64,000 nt of DNA from an uncultured delta proteobacterium (GTDB lineage: Bacteria; Desulfobacterota; Desulfomonilia; UBA1062): contig CAWCTR010000007.1 in assembly GCA_963798485.1 (NCBI GenBank), positions 96,001 through 160,000 of the forward strand. Reading direction: 5' to 3'. Made by a program: the position numbers and the translations under genes. Under the pieces are notes generated by a model. The model did no database searches and was not told the origin of the DNA. It saw only the letters and a list, made by a program, of their open reading frames with translations. Positions 42,514 through 54,055 of the stretch are shown here, in pieces. Numbering within the stretch: position 1 is the stretch's first letter; each line of letters begins with the position of its first letter.

Positions 42514-43746
42514 ATGGTTCTGAATCTTTCAAAGGTAATCGAGCTCATCGTTAAGGAGAAGGGCCTACGGCAGGAGGACCTGGTGCTGGTTGTCGAAGCG
42601 GCTGTCCAGAGCGCTGCAAAAAAAGTATATGGAGATTATGACAATATCGAGGCCCATTACAATACCAAGCTGGACGAGGTTGAGGTTTTCCAATTCAAGG
42701 TAGTCACCGAAGAGGTGGAAGACCCGAACATCCAGATATCCATGAAACAGGCGCGGAAACTCGATCCAAGCTGCCAGATGGGTGACGAACTGGGCGAAAA
42801 GCTCGATGCCTCCAAGCTTGGCCGAATTGCAGCCCAGAGCGCCAAACAGGTGATAGTCCAGAAGGTAAAAGAGGTCGAACGCGATGCCATCTATAATGAT
42901 TTCATCGATATCAAAGGAGAGATAGTCTCAGGGTTCATCCACCGGTTCGACCGCAAGGATGTGATCGTGAATCTCGGCAAGTCTGAGGCCATTCTTCGGG
43001 AGAAGGAGCAGATCCCGGGAGAGATCCTCAGGCGGGGAGACCGCATGCAGGCCCTTGTCCTGGACGTGACCAAGTCACTGAAAATGCCCCAGGTGGAACT
43101 GAGCAGGACCCATCCGAGGTTCCTGGTCAAGCTCTATGAGATGGAGGTCCCCGAGGTGGCTGAAGGGATTGTGGAGATCGTGGCTGTTGCCAGGGAACCC
43201 GGCATAAGGGCAAAGATTGCGGTCCGCTCCCATGACACCAAGGTTGATCCTGTTGGGACCTGTGTAGGTGTCAAGGGTGCCAGGGTCCAGAATGTGATCC
43301 AGGAACTCAAGGGAGAGAGGCAGGATATCGTGGTCTGGTCTGAAGATCCTGTCCGCTTTGTGTGCAATGCCTTATCTCCGGCGAGGGTATCAAAGGTTAT
43401 TGTGGACAAGTCCAACCGCAGCATGGATGTGATTGTGTCCGATGACCAGCTGAGCCTCGCCATCGGGAGAAAGGGCCAGAATGTACGGCTCGTTGCAAAG
43501 CTTACGGGGTGGAAGATAGACGTGGGGGCGGAGGGCACGGAGGAAGTGGTATCCTCTGAAGACAAGAGGTCTTTGGAGGGCATAGCGGATATCGATCCAT
43601 CCCTGGTGGAGGTCTTGATGGAGGCAGGGTATAAGACGATGGACGACCTTGCCAAGGCAAAGGAAGAAGACCTTCTCGAATTCGAAGGGATCGATGAAAC
43701 GATAGCCAAGAAGATTATCTTAAGGGCAACGGTAGGAGGGCAGTGA
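42514..43746 (+). CDS. nusA: Transcription termination factor NusA
   Basis: GRIAAQSAKQVI, AREPG.RAKIAV, SLAIGRKGQNVRL. Confidence 0.97.
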   Translation: MVLNLSKVIELIVKEKGLRQEDLVLVVEAAVQSAAKKVYGDYDNIEAHYNTKLDEVEVFQFKVVTEEVEDPNIQISMKQARKLDPSCQMGDELGEKLDASKLGRIAAQSAKQVIVQKVKEVERDAIYNDFIDIKGEIVSGFIHRFDRKDVIVNLGKSEAILREKEQIPGEILRRGDRMQALVLDVTKSLKMPQVELSRTHPRFLVKLYEMEVPEVAEGIVEIVAVAREPGIRAKIAVRSHDTKVDPVGTCVGVKGARVQNVIQELKGERQDIVVWSEDPVRFVCNALSPARVSKVIVDKSNRSMDVIVSDDQLSLAIGRKGQNVRLVAKLTGWKIDVGAEGTEEVVSSEDKRSLEGIADIDPSLVEVLMEAGYKTMDDLAKAKEEDLLEFEGIDETIAKKIILRATVGGQ

Positions 43747-44090
43747 GACGTAAAGACGGTCCATACAGGCAGTGCGTAAGCTGCAGAGGGATATTTCACA
43801 AGGGGGAGCTCTTGCGTTTCGTGCTACACAAAGAAGAATCGGACTTGTTCGATGAACGACAGTGCCGACAGGGCAGGGGTTACTATCTATGCCCGGAGCA
43901 AAGCTGTTTTTTGAACGCATGGAAGAACAGGAGGTCCAAGGCAGTCTTTCGGGATAAATCAACCATGGAGCGTTTGCTTGGTTCGGTTTGTGATACCCTT
44001 TTAAAATCTGCAGGAAGCGGCAATGGCCTTCCCATATTGAGAAATCTTCGGTTTTATGAGAGGTTGTCTTCCAAGGGGCGAGCGTTATGA
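43743..44090 (+). CDS. YlxR (DUF448) family RNA-binding protein
   Basis: PYRQCVSCR, LLRFV, GRGYYLC; lies between nusA and infB. Confidence 0.85.
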   Translation: MRRKDGPYRQCVSCRGIFHKGELLRFVLHKEESDLFDERQCRQGRGYYLCPEQSCFLNAWKNRRSKAVFRDKSTMERLLGSVCDTLLKSAGSGNGLPILRNLRFYERLSSKGRAL

Positions 44091-46696
44091 AAAAGATGAG
44101 GATTTTCGAACTGGCAAAAGACCTTTCTTTAGAGGCGAAGGATCTGCTTCGCGTTGCCAAGGACTTGGCCATTTCGGTGGAAAACACCATGAGTATCCTC
44201 GATGTCCATGATATCGAAAGGATCAGGAAACGGATCGAGAAAGACACCCAGAAACCAGAAGAGCTAGACCTCCAGGATGTCTATGAAGAACAGCGGGTAA
44301 GCACCACAATTATCCGCCGCAGGGCCAAGCCTGCACCCGAGGCCCCGGCACTAGAAGAGGCCCCGGCGAAAATTGAGATCCGCTCCGCAGAGTCGGCTGA
44401 ACCCGATAAGGTCGAAAAGAAGCCGCCCAAAAAGAAAGAGACGCCTATTGAATCCGCCAAAGAGGCCCCCTCGCCAAAGGGCGAAGGAAAGACCAAAGAG
44501 ACACCTGCCGCCCCTGTTCTTGAAGAGGCGCGTCTTGAATCGGCAAAAGGACCTGCCGCCCCTCTGGCCGGCATTGCCAAGAAAGAGACGGCACAGGCCC
44601 CTGCTGATATCACCCCCGTCCCCGGGGTGATCGTCAAGCCCCAAGAAATTGAAAAGGAAGAAGAGAAAGAGGCAAAGAAAAAAGATAATAAGAAGAAGGG
44701 TAAAAAACCTCCCAAGGCCACAGAGGTCCAGGCAGAAGAGGAAGAGGCGGGCGTTGATAAAACCGGGGCCCGTGTTGCCATATTGAAACCGAAGGTCGAG
44801 CCGGCCCCGGAGACGGAGGTCTACACACAGACCGACCTGTACGGAGCGGGGAGGACTTCCCAGGGCAAGAAATTCAAGAAGAAAAAGGACAGGAGAGGGG
44901 TTGCCCAACTCCAGCCTTTCAAGAAGAAGAAGCTCAAGATCGGGGCCACTATAACCGTGGCAAACATTGCTAAGGAAATGGGGGTAAAGGCGTCCGAGGT
45001 CATCAAGGTCCTCATGGGGTTGGGGATCATGGCCACCCAGAACCAATATATATCCACTGAGGAGGCCACATATGTAGCAACAGAGCTCGGCTTCGAGACA
45101 GAAGAGACCCGCGACGAGATCCATGAGGAGTACTTCACCAATACTGCCCAAGCGAGCGGAAATCTCGTTCCACGGCCCCCTGTGGTGACGGTCATGGGGC
45201 ATGTAGACCACGGAAAGACATCCCTGCTTGACGCCATCAGGTCAGAAAACGTTATCGACAGCGAATTCGGAGGTATTACCCAGCATATCGGGGCATACCA
45301 GGCAAAGTGCAAGGACAAGGTCATCACCTTTATCGACACGCCGGGCCATGAGGCCTTTACCTCCATGAGATCTCGAGGTGCCCAGGTCACGGACTTCGTG
45401 GTCCTGGTTGTCGCTGCGGACGACGGTGTTATGGACCAGACCAGGGAGGCCATAAACCACGCCCGGGCAGCCAAGATCCCCATCATTGTGGCGGTAAACA
45501 AGATTGATAAACCCAATGCCAACCCCGCGAGGGTTCGGGAGCAGCTCTCCGAGCTCGGGCTCGTTCCCGAAGACTGGGGCGGAGACACCATCTATGTTGA
45601 CGTGTCGGCAAAGAAGCACATCGGCATAGATGATCTCCTTGAGATGATCCTGCTTCAGGCAGAAGTAATGGATATTAATGTCCAAATAGACGGACCGGCC
45701 AAAGGTGTTGTGCTGGAGTCCAAGCTGGACAAGAATAAAGGGCCCATGTGCACCATGCTCATCCAGCAGGGTGAGTTAAAGAGGGGCGATATCTTCATTG
45801 TCGGGTCCAAATGGGGCAAGGCAAGGGCCATGTTTGACTTCAGGGGCGTGCCCATCGAGAGCGCAAGCCCCGCCACACCGGTGGAGATCACAGGGCTTGC
45901 CGAGCCGCCATCCGCCGGCGATACCATGTTTGTAGTTCCGAATGAGAAGAAGGCCAAGGAGATCATCGAGTACCTAAAGGACAAGGTGAACATATCCCGT
46001 CTCCAGGCCCCTGAGCAGAAGGCTTTAGTAACGCTAGAAGATCTATATAACCAGGTAAAGGAAGGCAAGCTCAAAGAGCTCAACCTTATCATCAAGGGCG
46101 ATGTGCACGGAACCGTAGAGGCCATTGTCAATGCGGTCAAGGGTATAGATACCGGCGAAGACATGATGAGGATCAACGTGATCCATTCGGCCGTGGGCGG
46201 TATTACGGAAAACGATGTGCTCCTCGCCTCAACAGCTTTTGCCATTATTGTCGGATTCAATGTAAGGCCGGAGCCCAAGGTGAGGGACCTGGCCAAGAAG
46301 AGCAATATCGAGATCAAGCTGTACACCATAATCTATGATCTCCTCGAGGACATCAAACAGGCCCTGCGCGGCATGCTCGAGCCGGTCTACAAGGAGGTCA
46401 TACAGGGCCGGGCCGAGGTGAGAGACGTGTTCAAGGTCCCCAAGGTGGGAGTCATCGCAGGATGTATGGTCATCGAGGGTGCCATGGTCCGGGGGGCGCA
46501 GGCACGGCTGTTGCGTGACAATGTGGTCATCCATGAGGGCCGGGTAGAATCCCTGAGAAGGTTCAAAGACGATGCAAAGGAAGTGGCCTCGGGCTTTGAG
46601 TGCGGCATGAGTTTCGGGAACTACAACGATATCAAGGCCGGAGACGTCATCGAGTCATTCACCAAGGAGAGAGTGGAGAGCCAGACCACGTGGTGA
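44087..46696 (+). CDS. infB: Translation initiation factor IF-2
   Basis: [22 protein letters not shown]. Confidence 0.98.
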   Translation: MKKMRIFELAKDLSLEAKDLLRVAKDLAISVENTMSILDVHDIERIRKRIEKDTQKPEELDLQDVYEEQRVSTTIIRRRAKPAPEAPALEEAPAKIEIRSAESAEPDKVEKKPPKKKETPIESAKEAPSPKGEGKTKETPAAPVLEEARLESAKGPAAPLAGIAKKETAQAPADITPVPGVIVKPQEIEKEEEKEAKKKDNKKKGKKPPKATEVQAEEEEAGVDKTGARVAILKPKVEPAPETEVYTQTDLYGAGRTSQGKKFKKKKDRRGVAQLQPFKKKKLKIGATITVANIAKEMGVKASEVIKVLMGLGIMATQNQYISTEEATYVATELGFETEETRDEIHEEYFTNTAQASGNLVPRPPVVTVMGHVDHGKTSLLDAIRSENVIDSEFGGITQHIGAYQAKCKDKVITFIDTPGHEAFTSMRSRGAQVTDFVVLVVAADDGVMDQTREAINHARAAKIPIIVAVNKIDKPNANPARVREQLSELGLVPEDWGGDTIYVDVSAKKHIGIDDLLEMILLQAEVMDINVQIDGPAKGVVLESKLDKNKGPMCTMLIQQGELKRGDIFIVGSKWGKARAMFDFRGVPIESASPATPVEITGLAEPPSAGDTMFVVPNEKKAKEIIEYLKDKVNISRLQAPEQKALVTLEDLYNQVKEGKLKELNLIIKGDVHGTVEAIVNAVKGIDTGEDMMRINVIHSAVGGITENDVLLASTAFAIIVGFNVRPEPKVRDLAKKSNIEIKLYTIIYDLLEDIKQALRGMLEPVYKEVIQGRAEVRDVFKVPKVGVIAGCMVIEGAMVRGAQARLLRDNVVIHEGRVESLRRFKDDAKEVASGFECGMSFGNYNDIKAGDVIESFTKERVESQTTW

Positions 46697-46974
46697 TAGG
46701 CGCCTGCGAGCTGAGGCTTATGATTATCGGGGCTCACTCTTTAAAAGAGAAGCGAAAGGTCTTGAAATCTATCAAAGATCGTCTGTCAAGGATGAACGTG
46801 TCCGTAGCCGAGGTTGATGATAACGACAAGTGGCAGGCCTCTACCCTCGGGATAAGCGTTGTAAGCAATGAGGCGGCATTTATCAATTCCGTGATCGATA
46901 AGATTATTACAGGCATTGAAGCAGGTGGCGAGGTGGAACTTCTCGCCAGCAGGATCGAGATCATACACATATGA
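46690..46974 (+). CDS. DUF503 (YlxP) family protein
   Basis: HSLKEKRKV, NVSVAEVD..DKWQ; GTG start overlapping the infB end. Confidence 0.85.
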   Translation: MVIGACELRLMIIGAHSLKEKRKVLKSIKDRLSRMNVSVAEVDDNDKWQASTLGISVVSNEAAFINSVIDKIITGIEAGGEVELLASRIEIIHI

Positions 46975-47333
46975 AGATACTCAGCATACGGCAAGCCAAG
47001 GTGGGCGATCTCCTCAAAGAGACCTTAGCCGTGCTCATCTTAAGGAAGGTCAAAGACCCCAGGGTAGAAGGTGTCACCATCACGGGAGTTGATGTGAGCA
47101 TAGATCTGAAGAATGCCCGCATCTTTTTTTGTGTCCTTGACTCATCGAGGAAAGACGGGGCGCTCGACGGCCTCAAGAGCGCAACCGGGTTTCTTCGGCG
47201 GGAGCTCAAGAAGGAGCTGAGCCTGAGGGCCGTGCCTTCTCTGTTTTTTTCCTATGATGAATCATTCGATTATGGCTCCAAGATAGATGAGATCCTCGAA
47301 AGCATTGGTAAACATGATAAACAGGATAGTTGA
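46971..47333 (+). CDS. rbfA: Ribosome-binding factor A
   Basis: VKDPRV, DLKNARIF, ATGFLR, PSLFFSYDES. Confidence 0.95.
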   Translation: MKILSIRQAKVGDLLKETLAVLILRKVKDPRVEGVTITGVDVSIDLKNARIFFCVLDSSRKDGALDGLKSATGFLRRELKKELSLRAVPSLFFSYDESFDYGSKIDEILESIGKHDKQDS

Positions 47334-48234
47334 GATCATAAAGGCCCACCAATCCTTCGAGATCATCACGCACAAGAGCCCGGATGAGGACGCTGTCGGG
47401 GCTTCAAGGGCTTTGGGCCGTGCCCTTGTTTCCCTCGGTAAATCGGTTTGTCTTGTATATCCGACACCTGTGCCCGATATTCTCGACTTCACCGATAAGC
47501 CTTTAGAACACGATCTCTTAGCGGTAGAGATCACCTTTCTGGTGGATGTCTCGGATATGGCCATGCTTGCGAATACAAAACCACGGGGCAAAGTAGTGGT
47601 GATCGATCACCACAGGACCACAAATAATATCGGCTATGCGTCCTGGATAGATTCAGGAAAATCATCAAGTTGCGAGATGGTATACGATCTCCTGTGTACA
47701 ATGAATGTTCCGATTAGCCCTTCCATCGCCGCGAACCTCTATATGGGCATCTTCGGCGATACCGGGGGGTTCATGCATGCAAACACGAATGTGAGGGTAT
47801 TCCAGATTGCCCACGAGTTGGTCGCTGCCGGCGCAGACCCGCACCGGATTGCCTATCAGATCAAAAAGACCAAGGCACATGCCTTCTATAATATCCTGTG
47901 TGCGGTTATGAATCGCATGATCATTCGAGGCGGCCTTTATGCCAGCTATGTGTCTTGTGAAGATATGAATAGATTCAACGCCAGGCTGGAGGATGCCTCC
48001 GGGATCGTGGAGGAGATTGCCTCCATAGCAGGCTCCAAACTCATTATCTTCCTGAAAGAGCAACAGGAAGGCACGATCAGCTGCTCCATCAGGAGCAAAA
48101 TCCCGGATGCCGCACTGAAGACCGCCACGGCCTTCGGCGGAGGCGGCCATGGGATGGCTGCCGGATTCACCATAAAAGGAAGGCCGGATGTCCTCATCCA
48201 TGAGATCATCAAGGAAGGGCTCAAGTGGCTCTAG
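47314..48234 (+). CDS. DHH/DHHA1 phosphoesterase (NrnA-like)
   Basis: HKSPDED, IDHH, GDTGGF, GGGGH. Confidence 0.9.
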   Translation: MINRIVEIIKAHQSFEIITHKSPDEDAVGASRALGRALVSLGKSVCLVYPTPVPDILDFTDKPLEHDLLAVEITFLVDVSDMAMLANTKPRGKVVVIDHHRTTNNIGYASWIDSGKSSSCEMVYDLLCTMNVPISPSIAANLYMGIFGDTGGFMHANTNVRVFQIAHELVAAGADPHRIAYQIKKTKAHAFYNILCAVMNRMIIRGGLYASYVSCEDMNRFNARLEDASGIVEEIASIAGSKLIIFLKEQQEGTISCSIRSKIPDAALKTATAFGGGGHGMAAGFTIKGRPDVLIHEIIKEGLKWL

Positions 48235-49118
48235 ACGGTATCGTACTCATCGACAAACCTAAAGACATCACCTCGCGCAAGGCTGTTGATAAGGTGATGG
48301 GTATCCTTAAGGTGAAGAGGGCCGGCCACTTCGGCTCGCTGGATCCCTTTGCCACCGGCCTTCTTTGCATAGGCATAGGCCAGGGCACTAAGCTGCTGCC
48401 CTATATGCAGACGCATGAAAAGGAATATATTGCACTCATCGGATTTGAAATGGCCACTGATACGGATGACATAACCGGTAAGGTGACACAGCGATGCGAA
48501 AATGTAAAAATCGATGAGCACAAGCTGAAGATGTGGTTTGAGGAAAACAGGGGGTGGATCAATCAGCTTCCCCCCGATTATTGCGCCCAGAAGTTGAACG
48601 GCCAACCTCTGTATAAGCTTAAAAGGGCCAATAGGAAAGTGAACCCAAGACCCAAGCAGGTTCACCTGGGAGCCGCCGAGATTCTTGAGGTCGGTCCTGA
48701 CTGGGCAAGCGTCCGTATCGTATGCTCAAGGGGCACCTACATACGTGCCATAGCCAGGGACCTTGGTGCATATCTCGGTTGCGGCGGATACCTTAGGGAG
48801 CTCAGGAGGATCCGTAGCGAGGGATTCAACCTTGAGCAGTCAACCACCTTCGACGGGCTTTCACAGCAGGGGGAACAGGCAGTCATATCGCTCTTGGACG
48901 CATTATCGATCCCAAAGGCTCGCGTTACAATAATCGGAGAGCAAGGCATAAGGGATGGCCAGTCTATCCAGCTTTCCTGGGTTCTTGATGACGTGGCGGC
49001 GCCCCAGGACGAAAGCGTTGCGATCTTGAATATGCAGGGGAACCTCATCTGCATAGCGAGGGTGAACCGGGAGGGAGGCATCTGGGGGCATATCACCAGA
49101 GGCTTCAAGACTTATTAG
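48225..49118 (+). CDS. truB: tRNA pseudouridine-55 synthase
   Basis: GHFGSLDPFATG, CSRGTYIR. Confidence 0.92.
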   Translation: MALDGIVLIDKPKDITSRKAVDKVMGILKVKRAGHFGSLDPFATGLLCIGIGQGTKLLPYMQTHEKEYIALIGFEMATDTDDITGKVTQRCENVKIDEHKLKMWFEENRGWINQLPPDYCAQKLNGQPLYKLKRANRKVNPRPKQVHLGAAEILEVGPDWASVRIVCSRGTYIRAIARDLGAYLGCGGYLRELRRIRSEGFNLEQSTTFDGLSQQGEQAVISLLDALSIPKARVTIIGEQGIRDGQSIQLSWVLDDVAAPQDESVAILNMQGNLICIARVNREGGIWGHITRGFKTY

Positions 49119-49239
49119 CTATTTACAGCAGAAATTAAGGTGTGGTAAGCTCCTGGTCTCTTTTTGACAGGAAACATGTGTGAAGAGCCTTAAGAAAGAG
49201 AAAAAAATAGCACGTATATATACGCAGGAGGATTACGAA

Positions 49240-49509
49240 GTGGCGTTGCAAGCAGAGGAAAAAAAACAGATCATAGATGAGTTCAAAAAACATGAGACTG
49301 ATACCGGGTCCCCTGATGTCCAAGTGGCGATACTCACCAAGAGGATCAACGATCTCACAGAGCATTTTAAGGTTCACAAAAAGGATCATCACTCCCGCCG
49401 TGGACTCCTCATGCTCGTTGGCCAGAGGAGAAGGCTTTTAAACTACCTGCGTGAGCATGACATCAAACGCTACCGCGAACTTGTTCAGACGTTGAACCTG
49501 CGGAAATAA
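49240..49509 (+). CDS. rpsO: 30S ribosomal protein S15
   Basis: [21 protein letters not shown]; GTG start after AGGAGG. Confidence 0.97.
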   Translation: MALQAEEKKQIIDEFKKHETDTGSPDVQVAILTKRINDLTEHFKVHKKDHHSRRGLLMLVGQRRRLLNYLREHDIKRYRELVQTLNLRK

Positions 49510-49533
49510 TGATATGAGGAAGTCAGGGGTAAT

Positions 49534-51621
49534 ATGAAAATACAGGCAAAAGGAACAACGGTTCCTCTTATTTTTGAAGTGGGCACGGTAGCCAGGCAGG
49601 CTGATGGCGCGGTCCTTGTGCACCAGGGTGACAGCGTGGTTCTCGTAACTGCCACTTCGGCAAAGGAAGAACGAAAAGGCATAGATTTTCTTCCGCTCAC
49701 GGTTGAATATCAGGAGATGAGTTACGCCGCCGGAAGGATTAAGGGCGGCTTTATCAAGCGGGACGGCAGACCCGGAACCCAGGAGATATTGACGGCGCGG
49801 TGCATTGACAGGCCTATCCGCCCGTTGTTCCCATCCACCTTCCATAACGAGATACAGATCATCGCCATGGTCCTTTCCGCTGACCCGGCATGTACCCCGG
49901 ATGTGATGGCGATCAATGGGGCTTCCGCAGCGTTACACATATCAAGCATACCCTTTTTAGAGCCTGTGGGAGGAGCCCGGGTCGGCCTGATCAACGGAGA
50001 ATTCATCATTGACCCCTCCGTGGCGCAGCTGGAAACCAGCTCTTTGGATCTTCTGGTTGTCGGCACAAAGAATGCCATCGTTATGGTGGAGGGCGAGGCC
50101 GGCGAACTCTCTGAAAGCACGATCATCGATGCGATCTCAATTGCCCACAAGAGAATCATTGAGGTCGTGGAGGCAATCGAAGAGCTCGGCAGGGCCGTAG
50201 GCAAGGAAAAGATGAAGATAGAATCCCCGCAGGAGGACGAGGCCCTCTTTGGTGAGATGATGAAGATGGCTGCCCCGCGGTTCGAACAGATTTTCGCCGG
50301 GATTAACTCAAAACAGGGCCGCCAGGCCCTGATTGAACAGTTGAAAGAGGATATGGTAAAGGGCTTTGCCGATGACACCGAAGAGCGGCAGGCATATGTC
50401 AAGGCGGCCTTTTCAGCGGTGGAGAAAAAGACCATCCGCGCTTTGATGAAGGCAAAGCGCATACGTATCGACGGCAGGGGGTTCGATGACATTCGAACCA
50501 TCGACTGCCAGGTAGGCATCCTTCCTCGAACGCACGGCTCGGCGCTCTTCACACGCGGCGAAACTCAGGCCCTTGCCACAACGACGCTGGGTACTCCAAG
50601 AGACGAGCAGAGGGTGGAGACACTTCTGGGAGAGACCACGAAATCTTTTATGCTCCACTACTCCTTCCCGCCCTTTTCTGTGGGCGAGGTGAAGATGCTC
50701 AGAGGGCCAAGCAGGCGAGAGATCGGCCATGGCAACCTGGCCGAGAGGGCGTTGAGCAAGATCCTTCCTGATGTAGCGTCCTTTCCCTATACCATCCGGC
50801 TCGTATCGGAGATCCTCGAGTCCAACGGCTCGTCCTCGATGGCCACGGTCTGCGGGGGCTCCATGTCGCTGATGGATGCCGGTGTGCCGGTGAAAAAGCC
50901 TGTTGCCGGTATTGCCATGGGGCTTCTGAAGGAGGGAGATGAGTATATGGTCCTCTCCGACATCTTAGGCGATGAGGATCACATCGGCGATATGGACTTC
51001 AAGGTCGCCGGCACCACCGATGGCGTCACTGCCTTGCAGATGGACATCAAGATAGAAGGCCTCCCCGAGGCTGTGTTGCGTGACGCCCTGGAAAAGGCGC
51101 GCATCGGAAGAATCTCTATCCTGGAGAAAATGGCCAAGGCGATTAACGAACCAAAGGCCCTCATATCCCCGTATGCCCCAAGGATCTATACGTTGCACAT
51201 CAATCCGGATAAGATCCGCGATATCATCGGCCCAGGCGGCAAGGTGATCAAGGACATTACCTCAAAGACCGACACCAAGATCGAGATCGATGATTCCGGC
51301 AGGGTGGATATTTTTTCTGCGGATGAGGAACATGCAAAGATGGCCGTGGACATGATCCAGACACTCACCAAGGAGATGGAGATCGGCCGGGTATACAGCG
51401 GAAAGGTAGCCAAGATCATGGATTTCGGGGCATTTGTCGACTTCCCTTCCGGAGAGTCCGGACTTGTGCATATTTCTCAACTCGCCAACGAACGTGTGAA
51501 TAATGTACGTGATGTTGTTAAGGAGGGAGATGAAATTCTTGTAAAGGTCATCGGTATTGACTCTAAAACAGGGAAGATCCGCCTGTCGCGCAAGGAAGCC
51601 CTGAGCGAAACCAGCCGCTGA
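49534..51621 (+). CDS. pnp: Polyribonucleotide nucleotidyltransferase
   Basis: [32 protein letters not shown] and S1 domains. Confidence 0.98.
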   Translation: MKIQAKGTTVPLIFEVGTVARQADGAVLVHQGDSVVLVTATSAKEERKGIDFLPLTVEYQEMSYAAGRIKGGFIKRDGRPGTQEILTARCIDRPIRPLFPSTFHNEIQIIAMVLSADPACTPDVMAINGASAALHISSIPFLEPVGGARVGLINGEFIIDPSVAQLETSSLDLLVVGTKNAIVMVEGEAGELSESTIIDAISIAHKRIIEVVEAIEELGRAVGKEKMKIESPQEDEALFGEMMKMAAPRFEQIFAGINSKQGRQALIEQLKEDMVKGFADDTEERQAYVKAAFSAVEKKTIRALMKAKRIRIDGRGFDDIRTIDCQVGILPRTHGSALFTRGETQALATTTLGTPRDEQRVETLLGETTKSFMLHYSFPPFSVGEVKMLRGPSRREIGHGNLAERALSKILPDVASFPYTIRLVSEILESNGSSSMATVCGGSMSLMDAGVPVKKPVAGIAMGLLKEGDEYMVLSDILGDEDHIGDMDFKVAGTTDGVTALQMDIKIEGLPEAVLRDALEKARIGRISILEKMAKAINEPKALISPYAPRIYTLHINPDKIRDIIGPGGKVIKDITSKTDTKIEIDDSGRVDIFSADEEHAKMAVDMIQTLTKEMEIGRVYSGKVAKIMDFGAFVDFPSGESGLVHISQLANERVNNVRDVVKEGDEILVKVIGIDSKTGKIRLSRKEALSETSR

Positions 51622-51627
51622 CATAGG

Positions 51628-52884
51628 ATGATCACCTCCACGCTCCTTCCCAACGGGGTCAGGATACTGACCGAGCAGATGCCTGGCATCAGATCGGTTA
51701 CCCTAGGTGTTTGGGTAAATGCCGGCTCCCGCAACGATCCTCCTAAGGATCGAGGGGTAGCGCATTTCACCGAGCATATGCTGTTCAAGGGGACACCGCG
51801 GCGCACCGCCCAGCAGATTGCCAAGGAAATCGATGCGCTGGGCGGTCATCTGAATGCCCAGACCTCGAAAGAATATACCATATACTATACCAAGGTGCTG
51901 GACGAGCACCTCTTCAAGGCCGCTGACATTGTCTTTGATCTCTTTCTCAATGCAGAGATCAACCATGATGAGCTGGAAAAGGAAAAAAAGGTCGTTCTCC
52001 AGGAAATCTCGATGACCGAAGATACCCCGGATGATTACATAACCGATCTCTTTGCCGAGGCCTTTTTCCGCAATACAACGCTGGGGAGCTCAATCCTTGG
52101 GACTGTTGAGCACGTTGGGTCTTTCGGGCGGCAGAGCATCATCGATTTTATAAACACCTCATACTCACCGGATTCCATCATCGTTGCCGGTGCGGGCAAC
52201 CTCGATCACCAGGAATTGGTGGATTTCACATCGCCACTGTTCGAAGGGATGATCCGGAGGCAAGGCCGTTATGATGAACAGATCCCGTCCTCGCTGAGCG
52301 GCGTGAAAAAGGTGTATTACAAGGACATCGAGCAGGTCCATTTCACATTGGGGACCATCGGGTCTGCAATGAACGATGAGCGGCGGTGGGCCTATATTGT
52401 CCTCAACACCATGCTTGGCGGAAGCATGAGTTCCATGCTCTTCCAGGAGGCCAGGGAAGAGCGGGGCCTCGTGTATTCCATCTATTCATTTCTCAATGCA
52501 TACCGTGACTGTGGGGCATTGGCGATCTATGCCGCTTGCACACCCGAGAACGTGAACAAGACCCTGGAAGTGATCAGCGCACAGATAAAGAGGCTAAAGG
52601 TCGGCGACCTCAAGGACATCAAGCTCGAGGATATAAAGGCGCAGATCAAGGGCAACCTGCTCCTGTCCAGAGAGAGCTCGGTGAACAGGATGTCGTCCAT
52701 GGCAAAGAACGAGATCTACTACGGACGGGAAGTAACCGTGGAAGAGGTTGTGGAAAGGCTTCAGGCCGTTTGTCTCGATGACATCGTTTCATTGGCCAAT
52801 GAGATATTCGTTGAGGACAAGCTCACGTTTGTCTCTTTAGGCAGAATCGAACAGGACGATATTCAGTGGATTCCTGTATCGTAA
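51628..52884 (+). CDS. M16 family zinc peptidase
   Basis: HFTEHMLFKG inverted zinc motif, REERGLVY. Confidence 0.93.
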   Translation: MITSTLLPNGVRILTEQMPGIRSVTLGVWVNAGSRNDPPKDRGVAHFTEHMLFKGTPRRTAQQIAKEIDALGGHLNAQTSKEYTIYYTKVLDEHLFKAADIVFDLFLNAEINHDELEKEKKVVLQEISMTEDTPDDYITDLFAEAFFRNTTLGSSILGTVEHVGSFGRQSIIDFINTSYSPDSIIVAGAGNLDHQELVDFTSPLFEGMIRRQGRYDEQIPSSLSGVKKVYYKDIEQVHFTLGTIGSAMNDERRWAYIVLNTMLGGSMSSMLFQEAREERGLVYSIYSFLNAYRDCGALAIYAACTPENVNKTLEVISAQIKRLKVGDLKDIKLEDIKAQIKGNLLLSRESSVNRMSSMAKNEIYYGREVTVEEVVERLQAVCLDDIVSLANEIFVEDKLTFVSLGRIEQDDIQWIPVS

Positions 52885-52890
52885 GAAGGA

Positions 52891-53247
52891 TCACACGGAT
52901 GCAGTCCTGGCAGAGGGATGCATCAAAACCCTGCTCGTTGCCTCAAGGACCTTACGCCAGGTAGGGCGATCTTTCGGGGTTATGGCAATACCGATGCGAT
53001 AGGTTGATTCTTCAATGGTATACCAGGCCAGGGACCCTTCCATGAGCATATTGTTAACGCTTACCATTATGGATTTATTCAGCAGATCCATCAGACATTG
53101 CTGAATATGGTATGTCGGAATGGTGCAGGCCATATCGGTGCGAGAGACCTCATCTACGGAGCATTGTACATAAACTTCTCCGATCTTGCAGCCGGCAGTC
53201 ATGGATTCAATTTGATAACCTTTTGTGTACCATCCGAAGAGATTCAT
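52891..53247 (-). CDS. Hypothetical protein, possibly PilZ-like beta barrel
   Basis: VDEVSRTDM...GSLAWY....YRIGI pattern; fills the intergenic gap. Confidence 0.5.
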   Translation of the reverse strand: MNLFGWYTKGYQIESMTAGCKIGEVYVQCSVDEVSRTDMACTIPTYHIQQCLMDLLNKSIMVSVNNMLMEGSLAWYTIEESTYRIGIAITPKDRPTWRKVLEATSRVLMHPSARTASV

Positions 53248-53306
53248 CTTAATCCTTGCCTCTTTCGTATATTCTTATATATCTTTCGGTAGGAAATGTT
53301 CCTGCC

Positions 53307-54044
53307 ATGAGAAATATCAAAAGTGTAATCGCTTATGATGGAGCTGCATTCATGGGTTGGCAAACCCAGGCCGGTGTAAGGACCGTTCAGGAGACCATAG
53401 AGGGCGCCCTCCAGGTGATACTGGGCCATCCGGTACGGGTAATAGCCTCGGGTCGTACCGATACAGGCGTCCATGCCTTTGCCCAGGTGATCAACTTCCC
53501 CACTGAATCCACTATCCCCACAGATGGTCTCATCCGGGGCCTCAACACGATCCTCCCCGGAGATGTTGCAGTCCTTTCCGCCGAGGATGCGGCGCCGGAG
53601 TTTCACGCACGACAGATGGCCAAGGCCAAGACCTATGTCTATGTCATTGATATCTCTCCCATCAGGAACACTTTTCTGGCTCGTTACGCCTTGCACGAGA
53701 AGGGACCGCTCGATTGTGCAGCCATGCAGGAAGCCGCGTGCTATTTTCTCGGAGAGCATGATTTTGCGTCCTTCCAGGGGGCTGGGTCTCCTGTAAAGAC
53801 GACTATTCGCTGTATCACCACATCAGAGGTGTTACAAAAAGGAAACAAGGTATTCTTCCGTATGCAAGGTAGCGGTTTTTTACGCCATATGGTAAGAAAC
53901 ATTGTCGGTACATTACTTCAGGTGGGCAAGGGAAAGCGTGCTCCGACAGATATACCACGGATCATGGCGCTGAAGGATAGGAGCTTTGCCGGGCCTACAG
54001 CCCCACCGCAGGGCCTCTACCTTGTGGGTGTGGAATACGAATAG
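53307..54044 (+). CDS. truA: tRNA pseudouridine(38-40) synthase
   Basis: YDG..F.GWQ, GRTDTGVHA, FLRHMVR, TAPPQGLYL. Confidence 0.96.
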   Translation: MRNIKSVIAYDGAAFMGWQTQAGVRTVQETIEGALQVILGHPVRVIASGRTDTGVHAFAQVINFPTESTIPTDGLIRGLNTILPGDVAVLSAEDAAPEFHARQMAKAKTYVYVIDISPIRNTFLARYALHEKGPLDCAAMQEAACYFLGEHDFASFQGAGSPVKTTIRCITTSEVLQKGNKVFFRMQGSGFLRHMVRNIVGTLLQVGKGKRAPTDIPRIMALKDRSFAGPTAPPQGLYLVGVEYE

Positions 54045-54055
54045 GGTGTAATAAA

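Noticed and set aside
44330-44900. Lys/Glu/Pro/Ala-rich repetitive stretch
   Set aside because: Ordinary low-complexity N-terminal region of IF-2.
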